From a virus (taxonomy: Duplodnaviria > Caudoviricetes), in IMG/VR virus record IMGVR_UViG_3300027818_000041, positions 301 through 64,300 of that record: a DNA stretch of 64,000 bases; one strand, given 5' to 3'. The notes beneath the pieces are model-generated. The model was not told where the DNA came from. It worked only from the letters and a program-made list of their open reading frames with translations, and searched no databases. Numbering within the stretch: position 1 is the stretch's first letter; each line of letters opens with the position of its first letter. Of the stretch, positions 9,791 to 22,000 are shown one piece after another. A program made the translations under genes and the position numbers.

Positions 9791-10090
9791 ATGCAGCGTG
9801 GGTGGGAAGTTACATTAAAAGACGGAACCGTTTTAACTGAAGAATCTACAGACTGGAAGAATGTACCTAAAAGTCAGATTGAGACACTATCTCTATTATA
9901 CGATGGTAGAAGATGGGATATAGCAGGCAAAGAAGCATATATAGTTAAAAATACCGCAAGCATGATTCCTGGTATAAAAGTTTCTTTTAGAGTAGAGACC
10001 AGAAGTATAGGTTATTATGAAGGGAGCTCAAAGGTCTTTTATAATATAGATGAAGCTACTGGGAGATTTAAAATGTATGTGGAAGGCTAA
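9791..10090 (+). CDS. Hypothetical protein, probable paralog of 3849-4292
   Basis: GAGGG RBS favours ATG 9791 over the track start 9776; similar motif to 3849-4292. Confidence 0.55.
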   Translation: MQRGWEVTLKDGTVLTEESTDWKNVPKSQIETLSLLYDGRRWDIAGKEAYIVKNTASMIPGIKVSFRVETRSIGYYEGSSKVFYNIDEATGRFKMYVEG

Positions 10091-10092
10091 AT

Positions 10093-13000
10093 ATGGCTGT
10101 ATTTGTATGTCAGTATTTTAGCAGAACTGATCCTTCCATTTGTAGTAAATGGAGCTGCCCCTCCTGTACCAGCTCTACCGCGTCTCTTTATCCTGGGTGC
10201 AATGGTGCTGGTAATGCTCAGGAATGTACAGAATATTCAGCAAATATTTCATCTCCTCTTTGCATTCTTCCAAATCCGTTTACACATTCTTGTAATAGAT
10301 CCACTGGTAAAAAATGGAGTTGCTCTGAAATAACTGGGTACAATTCCGGTGCTTGTGATGGGTCCGGTACTAATGTGGATTGTTCTGGGTATACACCACA
10401 ACACATGGCTTTTGGTCCTATCAACAGTCAAACTTCAACTGCTGGTCAGACTTGCGCTTTTGACGTCCCTCTTAATTATAAAATTTTAAATGCTAGAGCG
10501 CTGCTTTCTCCTTGTGCTTATTGGGAAGGAGCCCCAGAGCTTTTTATAGCAGAGAATTCTACAGTTACAGGAGAGGCAGCTGCTTATTGTACCGAGAATG
10601 GTGTGGTTTTTAAAATGCTTAGTATTGATTTTAAGTGTACTAATGAAAATGACACCTCTCAATATGCGATGCATGATAGAGGATCACTTCCGTGTAATGG
10701 GGTTTCTACTGAGTGTCCTTACTACACCGGTATTTGTTGGAAGTATTGTACTAATGAAAGATTGTTGCCAGGAAATAAAGTTTATGCTGAACAGCTATTG
10801 GAAGTTAGGTATTACGTAAGAGAATATAAATGGACAGCAAGTTCTTATGCCCGTTGTTTTCCTGAACAAATATTATATCCTTGGGGAGGAGATTTATTAG
10901 ATGTACCGACCCCAGAAGGAGAATCTGATTTTTCAATTCCGGTAGTGGAGACTTATCTAGAACTTCCAGAAACGGAGCCAACGGCTCCAGTTTTATTTGA
11001 AGAATTGTTGGTAAGAACCAAAGGAGTTGTGTCACCAGGAACAAAAGTGACCGGAAGTTCTCCTCAATATCCATCTTTGATTAAGAATTTCAATTTTTTT
11101 GATGATTTACCCCCACAAGTACAGGTTAGATATAATTTGTATTGGCCGGGGGAGGACAATGTATGTATTAAATATGTTGAGACAAATAAAGATATAGATC
11201 CATTAATAGCCATATATGGTAAATACTCACCCATAGCAACAGCATTGTATTGTATTAATTTAGGAAAATATATAAGTAACTTTGGTCCTGTAGGTATTTT
11301 TGGAAGCTTTGTAGATTCTTTTGAAATGTATACTTATCTTGTTGAAAATGCTACAAGTGATGCTGCTATTGCAGTTGCTTTGGATCTTTTTAATACTGAA
11401 ATAGAAAGTATTATACTAAATATTAATTTATATACAGGGGCTGATACACTACTATATACTAATACATTTGATCCTGTGCAAGATCCGGATTCTAGATCTG
11501 CTTTCTGGTTTAATTTAGGGGCGCCTCCTGGTGCGACAACTATACTTGTTTTACAAAAAGTAGGAAGTAGATGGACATATGTAATAGAAAATTTCATAAT
11601 TTCTTTTGTTGGGGGTATATTATACCAAACTGATTTTTCTAGGGAAACATCTGTCTCTGAGATTGTTTCTTATCTTCCAGACTATGCTAAATCCATAGGT
11701 GCAGATCATTTTACTGCCAGTTTTCATTTAAGCTTAGTTTTAAACAATATAATTCCTCCGGGGGAGCCTTTACTTTATTATAATGATTTTATGGGAAGGG
11801 AAGCTATAATACCAGGAGATTATACCACCCCTTATAATTATTCTGGGCACAATAGACTTATTGCCAGGAAGAGTTTTTCTTGTGTCAGAAGTAATATAAC
11901 ACAACTAGGATCCAGTTTATACTATGTTGTGGATTTGATGGATGATTTGCTTACGGACGCAATAAGACCATGGATAGTGGAGAAAATTACTTTTAGATCG
12001 GAAGAAGACGAAGAATTTGAAGCAGATCTTGAGGGTTGTGGTCTGTCTATAGGAATTGCTCCAAACCAAGCTCTGGTTAAGTTAAAACATGGTGGTTTTT
12101 CTTTGTGTAAGGAAATAACTATTGATTTTGATAATGTTGAATGTGTGATAAAAGACACATGGGCTGATAGTAGTGCGGAGTCTTTATATCTTGCTGCTGA
12201 TTGGGAGATAATGTCTTGTTATAAAACTCCTGAACTTTATGATGAATGGGATTCTTTGTTGTGGACCGCTTCCCAAAAACAAGATGTACGCTATCAAATA
12301 AAAGAGTCGGGAAACATTAGTAACAACGGGATTGATATTACATGTAGAGAATTTAAAACAACGCTGGCTTTATCTTGCTTAATAAAAGGTTATTCTGGAA
12401 AAATATCAGGGCATACTAAAACTAAAGCTTTGCTTTGGGTTAAACAGCCATTTTGTCCAGATATAGAGATTATATACGCACATAAAGCTCTTGCTAGAAG
12501 ATACTGGAATTCTCCCTATTGTTTTTGTTGGTCGGAGGCACCCCCAACAAACCCGTTTTACCAGAGGGACACTACTTACAAGGAGATTTTTGATAAGAAA
12601 GGGGTTTCTACAAACTATCCACCCTGTGGTGATCATGCTGGGCACTGGCAGTGGTATCCATATGTGCAGTGTGCTTCTTTTACTCAATATGCCGCTGGTG
12701 CAAATAATTCATATTCTTCCAGGGGGGAGGTAAAAGGAGCTTATAGTTTGTGGGGGCATGGTAAGCACGACATACGAATGGAGGGACCAGATACCTATAG
12801 TCAATTCGTGAGTTTATATTGTCCTCCCTGGAACTGTTTTTGCACACAGCTAACTGGCAATTGGCACATGGATTCCTCTGCTGCTATTTGGGCAGGCAAG
12901 GCTAGAGTTCAAGGAGAGATAACAGATAATACCCTGGTTAAATGGATTGAGGCTATGTCTGCTTATGGTACTAGTGTTTTACCAAAGTTTGGAAATGTAC

Positions 13001-15615
13001 TGCGTGCATTTATGCGCTCTTATAGATCAACAGATCGGATAGAGTATAAGATTGCTACCTTGCGTGGAATTTGGGAGAGAGAATCTAGGTGGCTTCCGGT
13101 TCCAAGTGACTACGATGATGTGGGTATTTATTGTAATAGATCAGAATTTCATAATAGCAATACTACTTCGGAGGGACCTTCGCCAATAAATCAACTGGGT
13201 CTTATTTTTTTAGAATTGGAATCTGGTGTTGCAGAAAGTGCAGAGATTTTGTCAATTGAGGATACTCCATTATATCCAGGCGGTCCTCTTCCTAAGACAA
13301 GGCTTAGACACGAGGAGGTGTTTGGAAGATTTTCTGGAGGGGCAGTAGTATACCCTATAGCTAATTTTGCATACTCTAATGGGAATCCTCTTTATGAATT
13401 TAAGCCCTACAAGGCTAAAAATATTCAATGGGCTTGGAGGGAGTTACAAAAACCAGTTGGTAGAAGTTCTGATCCATTGACAAATATTTCTTTTATAAAA
13501 GTAGAATACCCTTATTATTTTATGGATATGAATAGATTTGAGCATCGACTGGGAATAGATGAGGGACCAGCTATTATTACATTTTTACCCCCCAGTTTTG
13601 ATACTGAAACGGGGGCTTTAGAAGAGCCTGCTTCTTTACAGCTTAATTCTGGTCCAGTAAGGTATTTTGATCATAATGGTATTTTTGACATAGAAACTGA
13701 AGGAGACAGTGTAACTCAGGCGGCTTTATATAAAAGTTGTACTTCTGGGGAATGGTTGGCAGCTTCTTCCATCTTTAACGACCCTGGTATTTCTGCCGAT
13801 ACAGGTGCTGCAGATAATGATGATAGAAAAATTAGGCTATATATAGAGCCAACGCAGACTATAATTACAAGATATTATCATAGAGGTTTATATGTGACTT
13901 TTGATGATTTATTTAATGTTTGTAATACTCAAAAAGGTCTTTTATACACAGACATTTTGGTGAAGGTAGCTGCCCCCGGCAAGAAGTCCCTTGCTTCTAT
14001 TTTTTCAGATGTACCTAAATGTGTTGCTAATCAAGGCATAAATGAACCTAGTTTCAGCAGTTATATGTTTGATAGTGTTATATCAATTTCTTGTAGTAAT
14101 AATTTATATACATGTAATGCTCCGGGAGTTTTGGGGTTTGGAGTTACTGTTGAGTTTGAAACTCCGACCGCAGTAAGGGGAGTGATTTTAGAGTTTGAGT
14201 CCGGGATTAAAGAAAGCAGTATTCCGTATGGTGCAACTACTTGTTATAAAGAAAGTCAGTATATGGTGTTTGACACTCCTTCTGTGGAGATATATAAATC
14301 ACAAAAAGAACAAGAGTTGGGAGGAGGTATTTTAGGTTTTGTAAACAACACGTCCTCTACTTATGGTTTTGGTGATATTAATTCGGGTTCAAACGCAGGG
14401 TATACTACATGCACTTTAGAGCGTAAACTTTATTTCAAAGACTTTTTTTTACCAGCTAAAACTTTTACTTTTTATGTAAGATTTGCTCCATCCCCAGAAG
14501 AAATTGCAAGCAACTTTGAAAGCAGCAATAAATATGCTTTTGGCACCCGGGAAAATATATTGTTTATTAGAAGGGTTGTTTGTAAGTCTATAAAGGTTAT
14601 AACAGCTACTTTAAATCCAATTATAGAACCTATAATTGTTAATGAACGTAAATATTTAGTATCTACAGGGGGAATATCTTCAGAGTCTGTTGCTGGTAGA
14701 GTATATGATGAGGAATCTATTCTGGATCTAAGAAGTTCTGCAAATACTTCTTTGATTGCTCAGGCAGACGATGATTCCACTGTATGGATGAGGGAGAAGG
14801 CTGGTACTACTGTTGGACATGAGACAGAGCCTCCTCTGAAAGGCCCGCAGCCAAAAAAAGTATATGCAAGTAAAACTAGATCAAGGTTTGTTGGAGATTT
14901 TTATGAGAAGGCTGAACCTTTGCCGGGAGAGCCTAAATATTTAGAGGCTAAACAAAAGGCAATATTTGATGATATTGTTAATCAAGGAGGTACTTCCATA
15001 TATGCTCAGTGTATAATACCCCCCACATTAAAAGATTACTATGAGGATAATGGTTTGATGTTAACAGGTGTTCCTGGTAATTGGATTCTTAGTATTTCCA
15101 GTTCAATAAGGAACATAGGTACTGTTGTTTCGTACCCCACTTTTCATTCTGAAGGTTATAAAATAGAACCAGGGCAACCTTATTGGCAAAATTGGCTGGG
15201 TGTTTGTTGGGACTATGCTTTAGTTAATAAAGATACCGGGGCTGTTATGTATGGCGGTGCGACCCTATCACAGCTTAGTTATTTTGCTTGGGGGGCTATG
15301 GCTACTATTTGGAGATACCAAAGTTTTAGAGCTTATGCTTCCCTTTTTAGATACTCGGGCGGCAGTGCTACAAATGAAACTTTTGCGGAGGGGACTGAGA
15401 ATGTAACTTCGTTAGGATCTATTGATAAGATTAGACCCTTTATTCATCAATCTGGGTCTAACTACTCGCTAGCACAATATTACCAATATACATATTGGGG
15501 TAATTATGAAATGGCTCAGCGTATGAATATAGGTCCTGGTTGGCAAACTCTGTGGTGGGGGATAAGTCCCTCTATAGCGGCTTATGCAATGGGGTATGAT
15601 ATAACAAATTATTAA
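10093..15615 (+). CDS. Giant putative virion/baseplate protein (1840 aa) with Cys-rich N-terminus
   Basis: Uninterrupted 5.5-kb ORF in the structural block; 19 Cys in the first 219 residues (manual count); no family recognised. Confidence 0.6.
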   Translation: MAVFVCQYFSRTDPSICSKWSCPSCTSSTASLYPGCNGAGNAQECTEYSANISSPLCILPNPFTHSCNRSTGKKWSCSEITGYNSGACDGSGTNVDCSGYTPQHMAFGPINSQTSTAGQTCAFDVPLNYKILNARALLSPCAYWEGAPELFIAENSTVTGEAAAYCTENGVVFKMLSIDFKCTNENDTSQYAMHDRGSLPCNGVSTECPYYTGICWKYCTNERLLPGNKVYAEQLLEVRYYVREYKWTASSYARCFPEQILYPWGGDLLDVPTPEGESDFSIPVVETYLELPETEPTAPVLFEELLVRTKGVVSPGTKVTGSSPQYPSLIKNFNFFDDLPPQVQVRYNLYWPGEDNVCIKYVETNKDIDPLIAIYGKYSPIATALYCINLGKYISNFGPVGIFGSFVDSFEMYTYLVENATSDAAIAVALDLFNTEIESIILNINLYTGADTLLYTNTFDPVQDPDSRSAFWFNLGAPPGATTILVLQKVGSRWTYVIENFIISFVGGILYQTDFSRETSVSEIVSYLPDYAKSIGADHFTASFHLSLVLNNIIPPGEPLLYYNDFMGREAIIPGDYTTPYNYSGHNRLIARKSFSCVRSNITQLGSSLYYVVDLMDDLLTDAIRPWIVEKITFRSEEDEEFEADLEGCGLSIGIAPNQALVKLKHGGFSLCKEITIDFDNVECVIKDTWADSSAESLYLAADWEIMSCYKTPELYDEWDSLLWTASQKQDVRYQIKESGNISNNGIDITCREFKTTLALSCLIKGYSGKISGHTKTKALLWVKQPFCPDIEIIYAHKALARRYWNSPYCFCWSEAPPTNPFYQRDTTYKEIFDKKGVSTNYPPCGDHAGHWQWYPYVQCASFTQYAAGANNSYSSRGEVKGAYSLWGHGKHDIRMEGPDTYSQFVSLYCPPWNCFCTQLTGNWHMDSSAAIWAGKARVQGEITDNTLVKWIEAMSAYGTSVLPKFGNVLRAFMRSYRSTDRIEYKIATLRGIWERESRWLPVPSDYDDVGIYCNRSEFHNSNTTSEGPSPINQLGLIFLELESGVAESAEILSIEDTPLYPGGPLPKTRLRHEEVFGRFSGGAVVYPIANFAYSNGNPLYEFKPYKAKNIQWAWRELQKPVGRSSDPLTNISFIKVEYPYYFMDMNRFEHRLGIDEGPAIITFLPPSFDTETGALEEPASLQLNSGPVRYFDHNGIFDIETEGDSVTQAALYKSCTSGEWLAASSIFNDPGISADTGAADNDDRKIRLYIEPTQTIITRYYHRGLYVTFDDLFNVCNTQKGLLYTDILVKVAAPGKKSLASIFSDVPKCVANQGINEPSFSSYMFDSVISISCSNNLYTCNAPGVLGFGVTVEFETPTAVRGVILEFESGIKESSIPYGATTCYKESQYMVFDTPSVEIYKSQKEQELGGGILGFVNNTSSTYGFGDINSGSNAGYTTCTLERKLYFKDFFLPAKTFTFYVRFAPSPEEIASNFESSNKYAFGTRENILFIRRVVCKSIKVITATLNPIIEPIIVNERKYLVSTGGISSESVAGRVYDEESILDLRSSANTSLIAQADDDSTVWMREKAGTTVGHETEPPLKGPQPKKVYASKTRSRFVGDFYEKAEPLPGEPKYLEAKQKAIFDDIVNQGGTSIYAQCIIPPTLKDYYEDNGLMLTGVPGNWILSISSSIRNIGTVVSYPTFHSEGYKIEPGQPYWQNWLGVCWDYALVNKDTGAVMYGGATLSQLSYFAWGAMATIWRYQSFRAYASLFRYSGGSATNETFAEGTENVTSLGSIDKIRPFIHQSGSNYSLAQYYQYTYWGNYEMAQRMNIGPGWQTLWWGISPSIAAYAMGYDITNY

Positions 15616-15625
15616 GGTGTGTAGT

Positions 15626-16057
15626 ATGGGTTTTTTTAATATTGAATTTGTCTGTGACGATTGTGAGGGTATGGTAGAAGTTGACATTAAGCAAACAACA
15701 GATAGTTATGCCCGCAATTTAGATTTGAGGATTATAGGAAATAACGAGCAGATAGACATTTCTTCTTTACCTAATTACTTGGTGTATAAATGTACAAATT
15801 GCTATAAGGTATATAGACTTACTTTGGCTGATGTTGAACAGAGACTTAGACTTCAGGCAGCAAAACTAGCTCTTGATTATAGGAGATCCAGAGTTTTTGC
15901 TAGAAATAGGGATCATATGGATATAGACTCTGGGTTAGAGTTTTGTGGTTTATGTGGTGGGGTAGATGAGTCCAGATCTGGTTATTGTATTAAAAGTCTT
16001 ATGTCTGTGTGTGATATAAGAAGAGATCATCTAAGTAGGCAAAATAATGCAAAGTAG
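15626..16057 (+). CDS. Small Cys-rich putative zinc-binding protein
   Basis: CDDC, CTNC and CGLC pairs plus two more Cys; AAGGTG RBS favours ATG 15626 over the track start 15617. Confidence 0.55.
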   Translation: MGFFNIEFVCDDCEGMVEVDIKQTTDSYARNLDLRIIGNNEQIDISSLPNYLVYKCTNCYKVYRLTLADVEQRLRLQAAKLALDYRRSRVFARNRDHMDIDSGLEFCGLCGGVDESRSGYCIKSLMSVCDIRRDHLSRQNNAK

Positions 16058-19000
16058 TAATCTCTTAAAATATGCAAAGTATATAAGAAATTTATCTCTT
16101 TGTAAATATGATACCAACTTTGGGTATACTACGAATTGGAGTGTTAATACAAATGTAGATGGGTGGGATATTTACAACGATATTTATTTTTATGGTTGTT
16201 GGAACGGTGTTCTTTTTGGAAGCTCTTATGGTAAGGAGTGTTTTATTCAAAGGACTTATCAATTTTTGGGATTGTCAGCGGAAGACTATTATACCATAAA
16301 TATGATGATGCGTATTCTTCCTAAGGAAGGATACCCCGCCCCTAAAAAAGGAAAGATAAGATGGATAACAGCTAACGATACTTTGTGGGATTCCAATAAG
16401 GAGATGGAGTTTGATTTAACAGATACCATAGAGTGGTATATGTACATAATTACTGCTGGGGAATCTAAATGGTATCAAGGAGATATAACTAATTTACGAA
16501 TATATCCTTTCTTAGATGGGCACATGGGCTGTAAATTTGAGCTTAAGTATGTTAGAATTGAGGCACTAGATAAATATATTTGTAATAACACGGAATGTAG
16601 TCATTATACTGTATATTCACATCCTTGTCCTTGGACAGGAAGTTATGGTTCTTGTACAGCGGAAACAAGGCTGGAGACTTATACAACGGCTTCTGGTATT
16701 TCTGACTCTTTGATAGTGGACATAAACGACTATGGCGAGGAGGTAATTACATTAGGTACAAATACCGAACTCTCCGGGAATGAAATGGCAAAACTTCTAG
16801 CTTCTAGAATAAATACCATTGGTTTGGGTGGGTACTACTATGCTTCTGTTGAGTATACAGAAACTGGAAGATTGAAGATTTCTGGAGGTGATGTAGGGTC
16901 TACTGTGCGAATTACTGGGGGTACAGCGACGCAAGCTTTGGGGTTTTATGATTCTTTTGGTTTCATAGGTACTATAGAAGATGGAACTGCTCCAGCTACA
17001 GGTTTTGATTATGCAAGTACAAGAAGACTTAATAGTATTGAACTTTCTCAACTAATAGATGGTTCTGACGACTTGGCATATTATCATAATCCTGAACAAT
17101 ACAGTGTGGAAGGCGGCCGTGCTGATTTCTTTAATTCTTTAACCTCGAATACAAGGGATCATAGTGGTCTATCTGAGTTTTTTTATAACATACCAGCCCC
17201 CGGAATAACTATTATAGATGTTACACACCCTTTCAATGATTCCGGGAAGATAACAGATATTTATGTAAATTGTTCTAAGATCAGAGAAGATGGTGCTGGT
17301 GTATATATAGTTCGTCCTCAGAAAAATGGTTCTTTTAGAATAATACATACGTTTACTTTATCTCCGGAAGATCCTAATTATGTTTGGACTTCTGCACATA
17401 CAAGTCATCACATTTCTTGTGATGCTTTGGTTAGTAAGGGTGATGTAATGGCTTTTTACAATGCAGATTTGCATTGTGTTATAGCTCATGCAAGTGGTAA
17501 AATAAATGCAAGATACTTTTATTACACAGGTTTTCCTACTACAATATTTAATCCAGGAACTGCTGTAGGAAACGGGGTTATTGGGTTTTCTTGGTATGCC
17601 AGAAGCAAGTATAGACAGTTGTCCACTATTTTAGAAATAGATTTTGGTAAACGTGTGAACGTAGGAACGTTGTCTTTTACTGGAGCGGAATTAAGTTCAT
17701 ACTTTGATTATAATATAGCATGTTGTTTAGACATGCATTGGGAGGTAGATTTACATAACGAAACTCATATTCATATAATCACGTATTGTTCTACTGGGTA
17801 TCATACAACGGTAGAACATAAAAATATAGCATATGGAATTGAATGTTTAAGTGATGGTATACGGAGTCCTGATGGAGGTAGGCAAGGAGATTCTTTTGGT
17901 GTGGGGGCTGATGGTCTTATTACACTAGGAACACATTCCTATTTTTATGTCAATGGTGATGGGGAATGGGACTATCAATATGAGTGTGATGGAAAGCATG
18001 AATTTTGTTATCCTTACTGTGGTGCTTCAAATGGTAGCTTTGGTAAAGATCCAATTTCTTTTATACTACGTTTTCCGGAAGGAGTGAGTGAAGAAGTACA
18101 CAAAACAGCTATATACTTCAAGGAAAGTAAGAACTTTAGACATTTCTCTCTATCTTATTATGCTGGAAGCGAAAGGTCTAGAACCACAGGAGACGCTATA
18201 GGGTACCACTATGTTCCTTCTTTTAATTCGGTAGAACTAGATGGGGCTACGATTACAGAGGAAAATGCTGACGGTATAGATGGAAACCAGCAGTTTAAAT
18301 TTTATTTCTTCTCAAACCCAACACCATGGATTAGTCCAAGTTGGGATGCCCAGGCAGGTAGTGCACTTGATTCATTTTTAAACTACCATTCTGTAGCCAA
18401 TTTACAATGGAATTTATTGGCTCATAATTTTGATCCCGTGAGGTGTAATGGTTTCAAGATTTTTTGTGATCATCACGGCAGTACTAAAATTTCCGAAATG
18501 GAGTTGTTTGTCCGCACAGAGTCTAAAGCTTCCTTAACAGACAATGCTGTATTAAAAGTGTCTGATTACGGGGACAGGTGGAGGTATGTTCCTTTTGTTG
18601 TGGATCCACTATATCCATCAAGTATATTAGCTAAGATAGATAGTTCTCCTAGATATGCAATACTTGACTTGAATTCACAATTACCCTTTAAGGCGTTTGG
18701 GCTCCATGTAGAATCCTCTAATTCAAATGTTTTTGATTCATGTACAAATAGTTTTAATATGACCGGCATAAATCCTGAGGGGTATAGTGATACGAACGTA
18801 ATAGAGCTTGAAAATGTCTATGGGGTGCCTTGTAATTTAACGGTTTCTATAGACACAGATTTAATTTCTGGCGATAAAACACTTTCTCATATAATTTGTC
18901 ATGATCAAGCCGGAATTGATGATGCCATAGTAGGACCCGGCGGGCAATTATATAAAAAAGCAGATTACCCTATTTATCTTGGGGAAGGAAATGTAGCTAA

Positions 19001-22000
19001 TAACTGTAAAATATATGGCTTAAAAAACTTAATAGATGGTAAAGAGGCTTATTATTTAAAGAATAACCTTGATATTTGGAATTATTGGGGAACATTACAT
19101 CACGGTGAGGCTATAAACTTTGAATCTCAACTAAACTATGCTGAGGTTAATTTTACTTTCCCGGAAGTGGTTGCTTCTTTTGTACGTCTTGATTTAACAA
19201 AAGGTGCTAGTAATAAGTTTTCTTATTATATCAATCAAATATATGCTTTTTATGGCGGTAGCTTTATTGAAGATGCAGTCTTTTATCTGGATGCTAATCC
19301 AGGGGTGGATGACCATCTTGGTTTTGAGACCACCTGTGTCAGCGGTATTTTACAACCTGTAGTTATTTTTGAAGATATATTTAACAGATCTGAGTTTAGA
19401 GATATATGGGGTTATATAAAAACACCCACTTATAGAGTACTTTCTGAGTTGAGGTCTTTGAATAGCAAACTGTATTGTTACTCTATCGAGAACGGTGTAA
19501 CGCTTGAAGCCTTTTATACGATTCCGGATGGAGTTGGTACATGGAATTATGATATAGAGTTTACTCTGGGGCAAGTTTATCCACTAACCACTACTATTGA
19601 TTTCTATGCTGAGTACATGGATTTTGATGGTAACTGGTTTCATAGGGTAACTTCTCTAGCTTCTGATCCGTATATTCGTTTTTATAATTCAAAGGAGAGC
19701 TCTGTCAATGTATTAAATGTTACCAAAACTACCATTACAACCCCAAAAGAATATGTTATTAAAGTATCTAAAAGAGGATTTATTGACTCCTTTTATATAA
19801 ACACGTTTACAGCGGTTACAGACAACAATCAAGGGGCATATAACAGATTATGTAAAATTAGGTTTGTTTTTTATAATAGCGGAACTGATACTTCTGAGAG
19901 AACAGATCTGTATGTAACCAACGTAAAAATAACTGTGTTTCCAGAAATTAGTTATAGGTCTTCCATTGTTATACAACTACCTTCTAATCAATTAGATACA
20001 ATTAGGTTTTATACTGAAGACGGTAGTTTGACGAGTCTTGCTCTTTACATTTCTGATATTTCAGGTAATTTTGTATATAACACGACCAATGCGGAAACCA
20101 CCGATCAGCTTCCTGTTATTGCAAACCTGGCTTATATTCATAGAAGAGGGTACGACTGTTTAGGTAATGATGTCTACACCCAGCGTATATACAACAGAGA
20201 TCATACGTATAATGCCGTCTATACAGATACTGGAATAGATCGTTGGGTGGGTTGGGATTTTGGCGACTGTCCCAAGATAATAAATTATTTGATACTAAGA
20301 CAACAAGGGCCTCTTTACTTTATGTTTCAAGGCTCTAATGAAGTGCCCGCTAGTTTTGGTGATAAGGTATGGGCTACTTTACTAGAATCCACTTGTGATG
20401 GCACGTTGGCATTTGCGTATTTAGATGTACCTAACACAACAAAATATAGATATTACAGGATTGTAGTTCCTTATATTCCTGAAAACTATTCTATAACTTG
20501 GACTGCAAGCGAACATGCATATGCTATAAAGTACAACTCTACTTCAGTAACAGCAACAGTGTGGAACGATCCTGTTCGTTTCTATTTTGCTATAGATTTA
20601 GGTAAAAGATACAATATAGATATTGTAAGACACTACGGGGCAAGTTCCACTCATGAGTTGGGGATTGGGTCTACTTATATATTTTATGCTAATACTGACA
20701 CTACAGACATAGATTTAGTGCAGTGGGATTCTGGAAATGTATATATATTGATTCATTTTGATTCCTTTATAGATTCTAAATTACTAGAGTCTGCCAAAGG
20801 GTTTGACGTACCTGTTTTGGGCACTTTCAGTATAGACAATTCAATTAGCGTGTTTGGTTGGAGTGGTGTATTTAATGGGATAGATACCGTAGCCTACATA
20901 AATGATCTTGGATCTTTAGTATTTCATAATTATGATTTTACTATGGAATTTAGAGTGTGGGTTCATACATTTCCCACAGGTACATCAGAGGCGGTTTTTG
21001 TGTGTAAGGGCAAAACCGCTACAGCTACAAGAAGCTTTTCTATAGGTGTGGCTTCTTCTGGATACTTATTTATAAGGTATCTTTTTGATGACAATACTTC
21101 TTCTGTTTATAATATATATGAACTTATAGAGGCTACTTGGTATCATATTGCTGTTACCAGAAATGGAATCTATATGCATCTTTTTGTTGATGGGGTTTTG
21201 GTATACTCTTGGAGAAAGAATAACGTAGTATATAATACGTCTGACTATATACATTTAGGAGCGCAGCATACAAACACTGGTACCTATGGTAGTTATTTTA
21301 ACGGACGTATGGATGAATTTAGACTTTTAATGTTTAGTTGTTTGTGGCGTGGTAGTTTTACCGTTTCACCAGATCCGTATTTAGACACTGTAGCTTCAAA
21401 CAAAGACACCCGTTGGTTGAAGTTTAAGTTAGACTGTAGTGCGTCTATCACTAGAATAAATTATTTGGGGGTATATCCAAATACAGAGATTGTATTTGCT
21501 CCTGCTGGGGGCTTGAATTGCGAGTGGGATTTTATCGGGAGAGAGTTGTGTGATTTTTCTGTGGGGGAGTATAATATAATAAAACAATATGCTACTATAA
21601 GTGGCTCTTCAACATTTAACAATTCATATGCTACTAATGTTGCTGTGGCATATGAGGAAGGAATGGGCTTAGATAATTGTTGGGGGTTTTTATCCACAGA
21701 TTTGAATCCTTCTTTACATATAGAATTGTTCGAACCAAAAAGAATAAATAAGATATATATAAAGCATGGTACCGGAAATGATTCCGATGGTTACTATATA
21801 AAGGATTACACAATACAGGCAGCCCCAACAACCTCAGGTGTTTTTACAAATATAGTTAGTATGACAAACAACACCAGTTATGAAACATTACATGAGTTTA
21901 GTGTTACAGAGGTTCAGGTAGTTAAGTTTATAATAACGGATTATGTTTCTGGAAATATAACTGTTTATGATGCTGAAACCATAGAGGGACAGGTTGTTCC

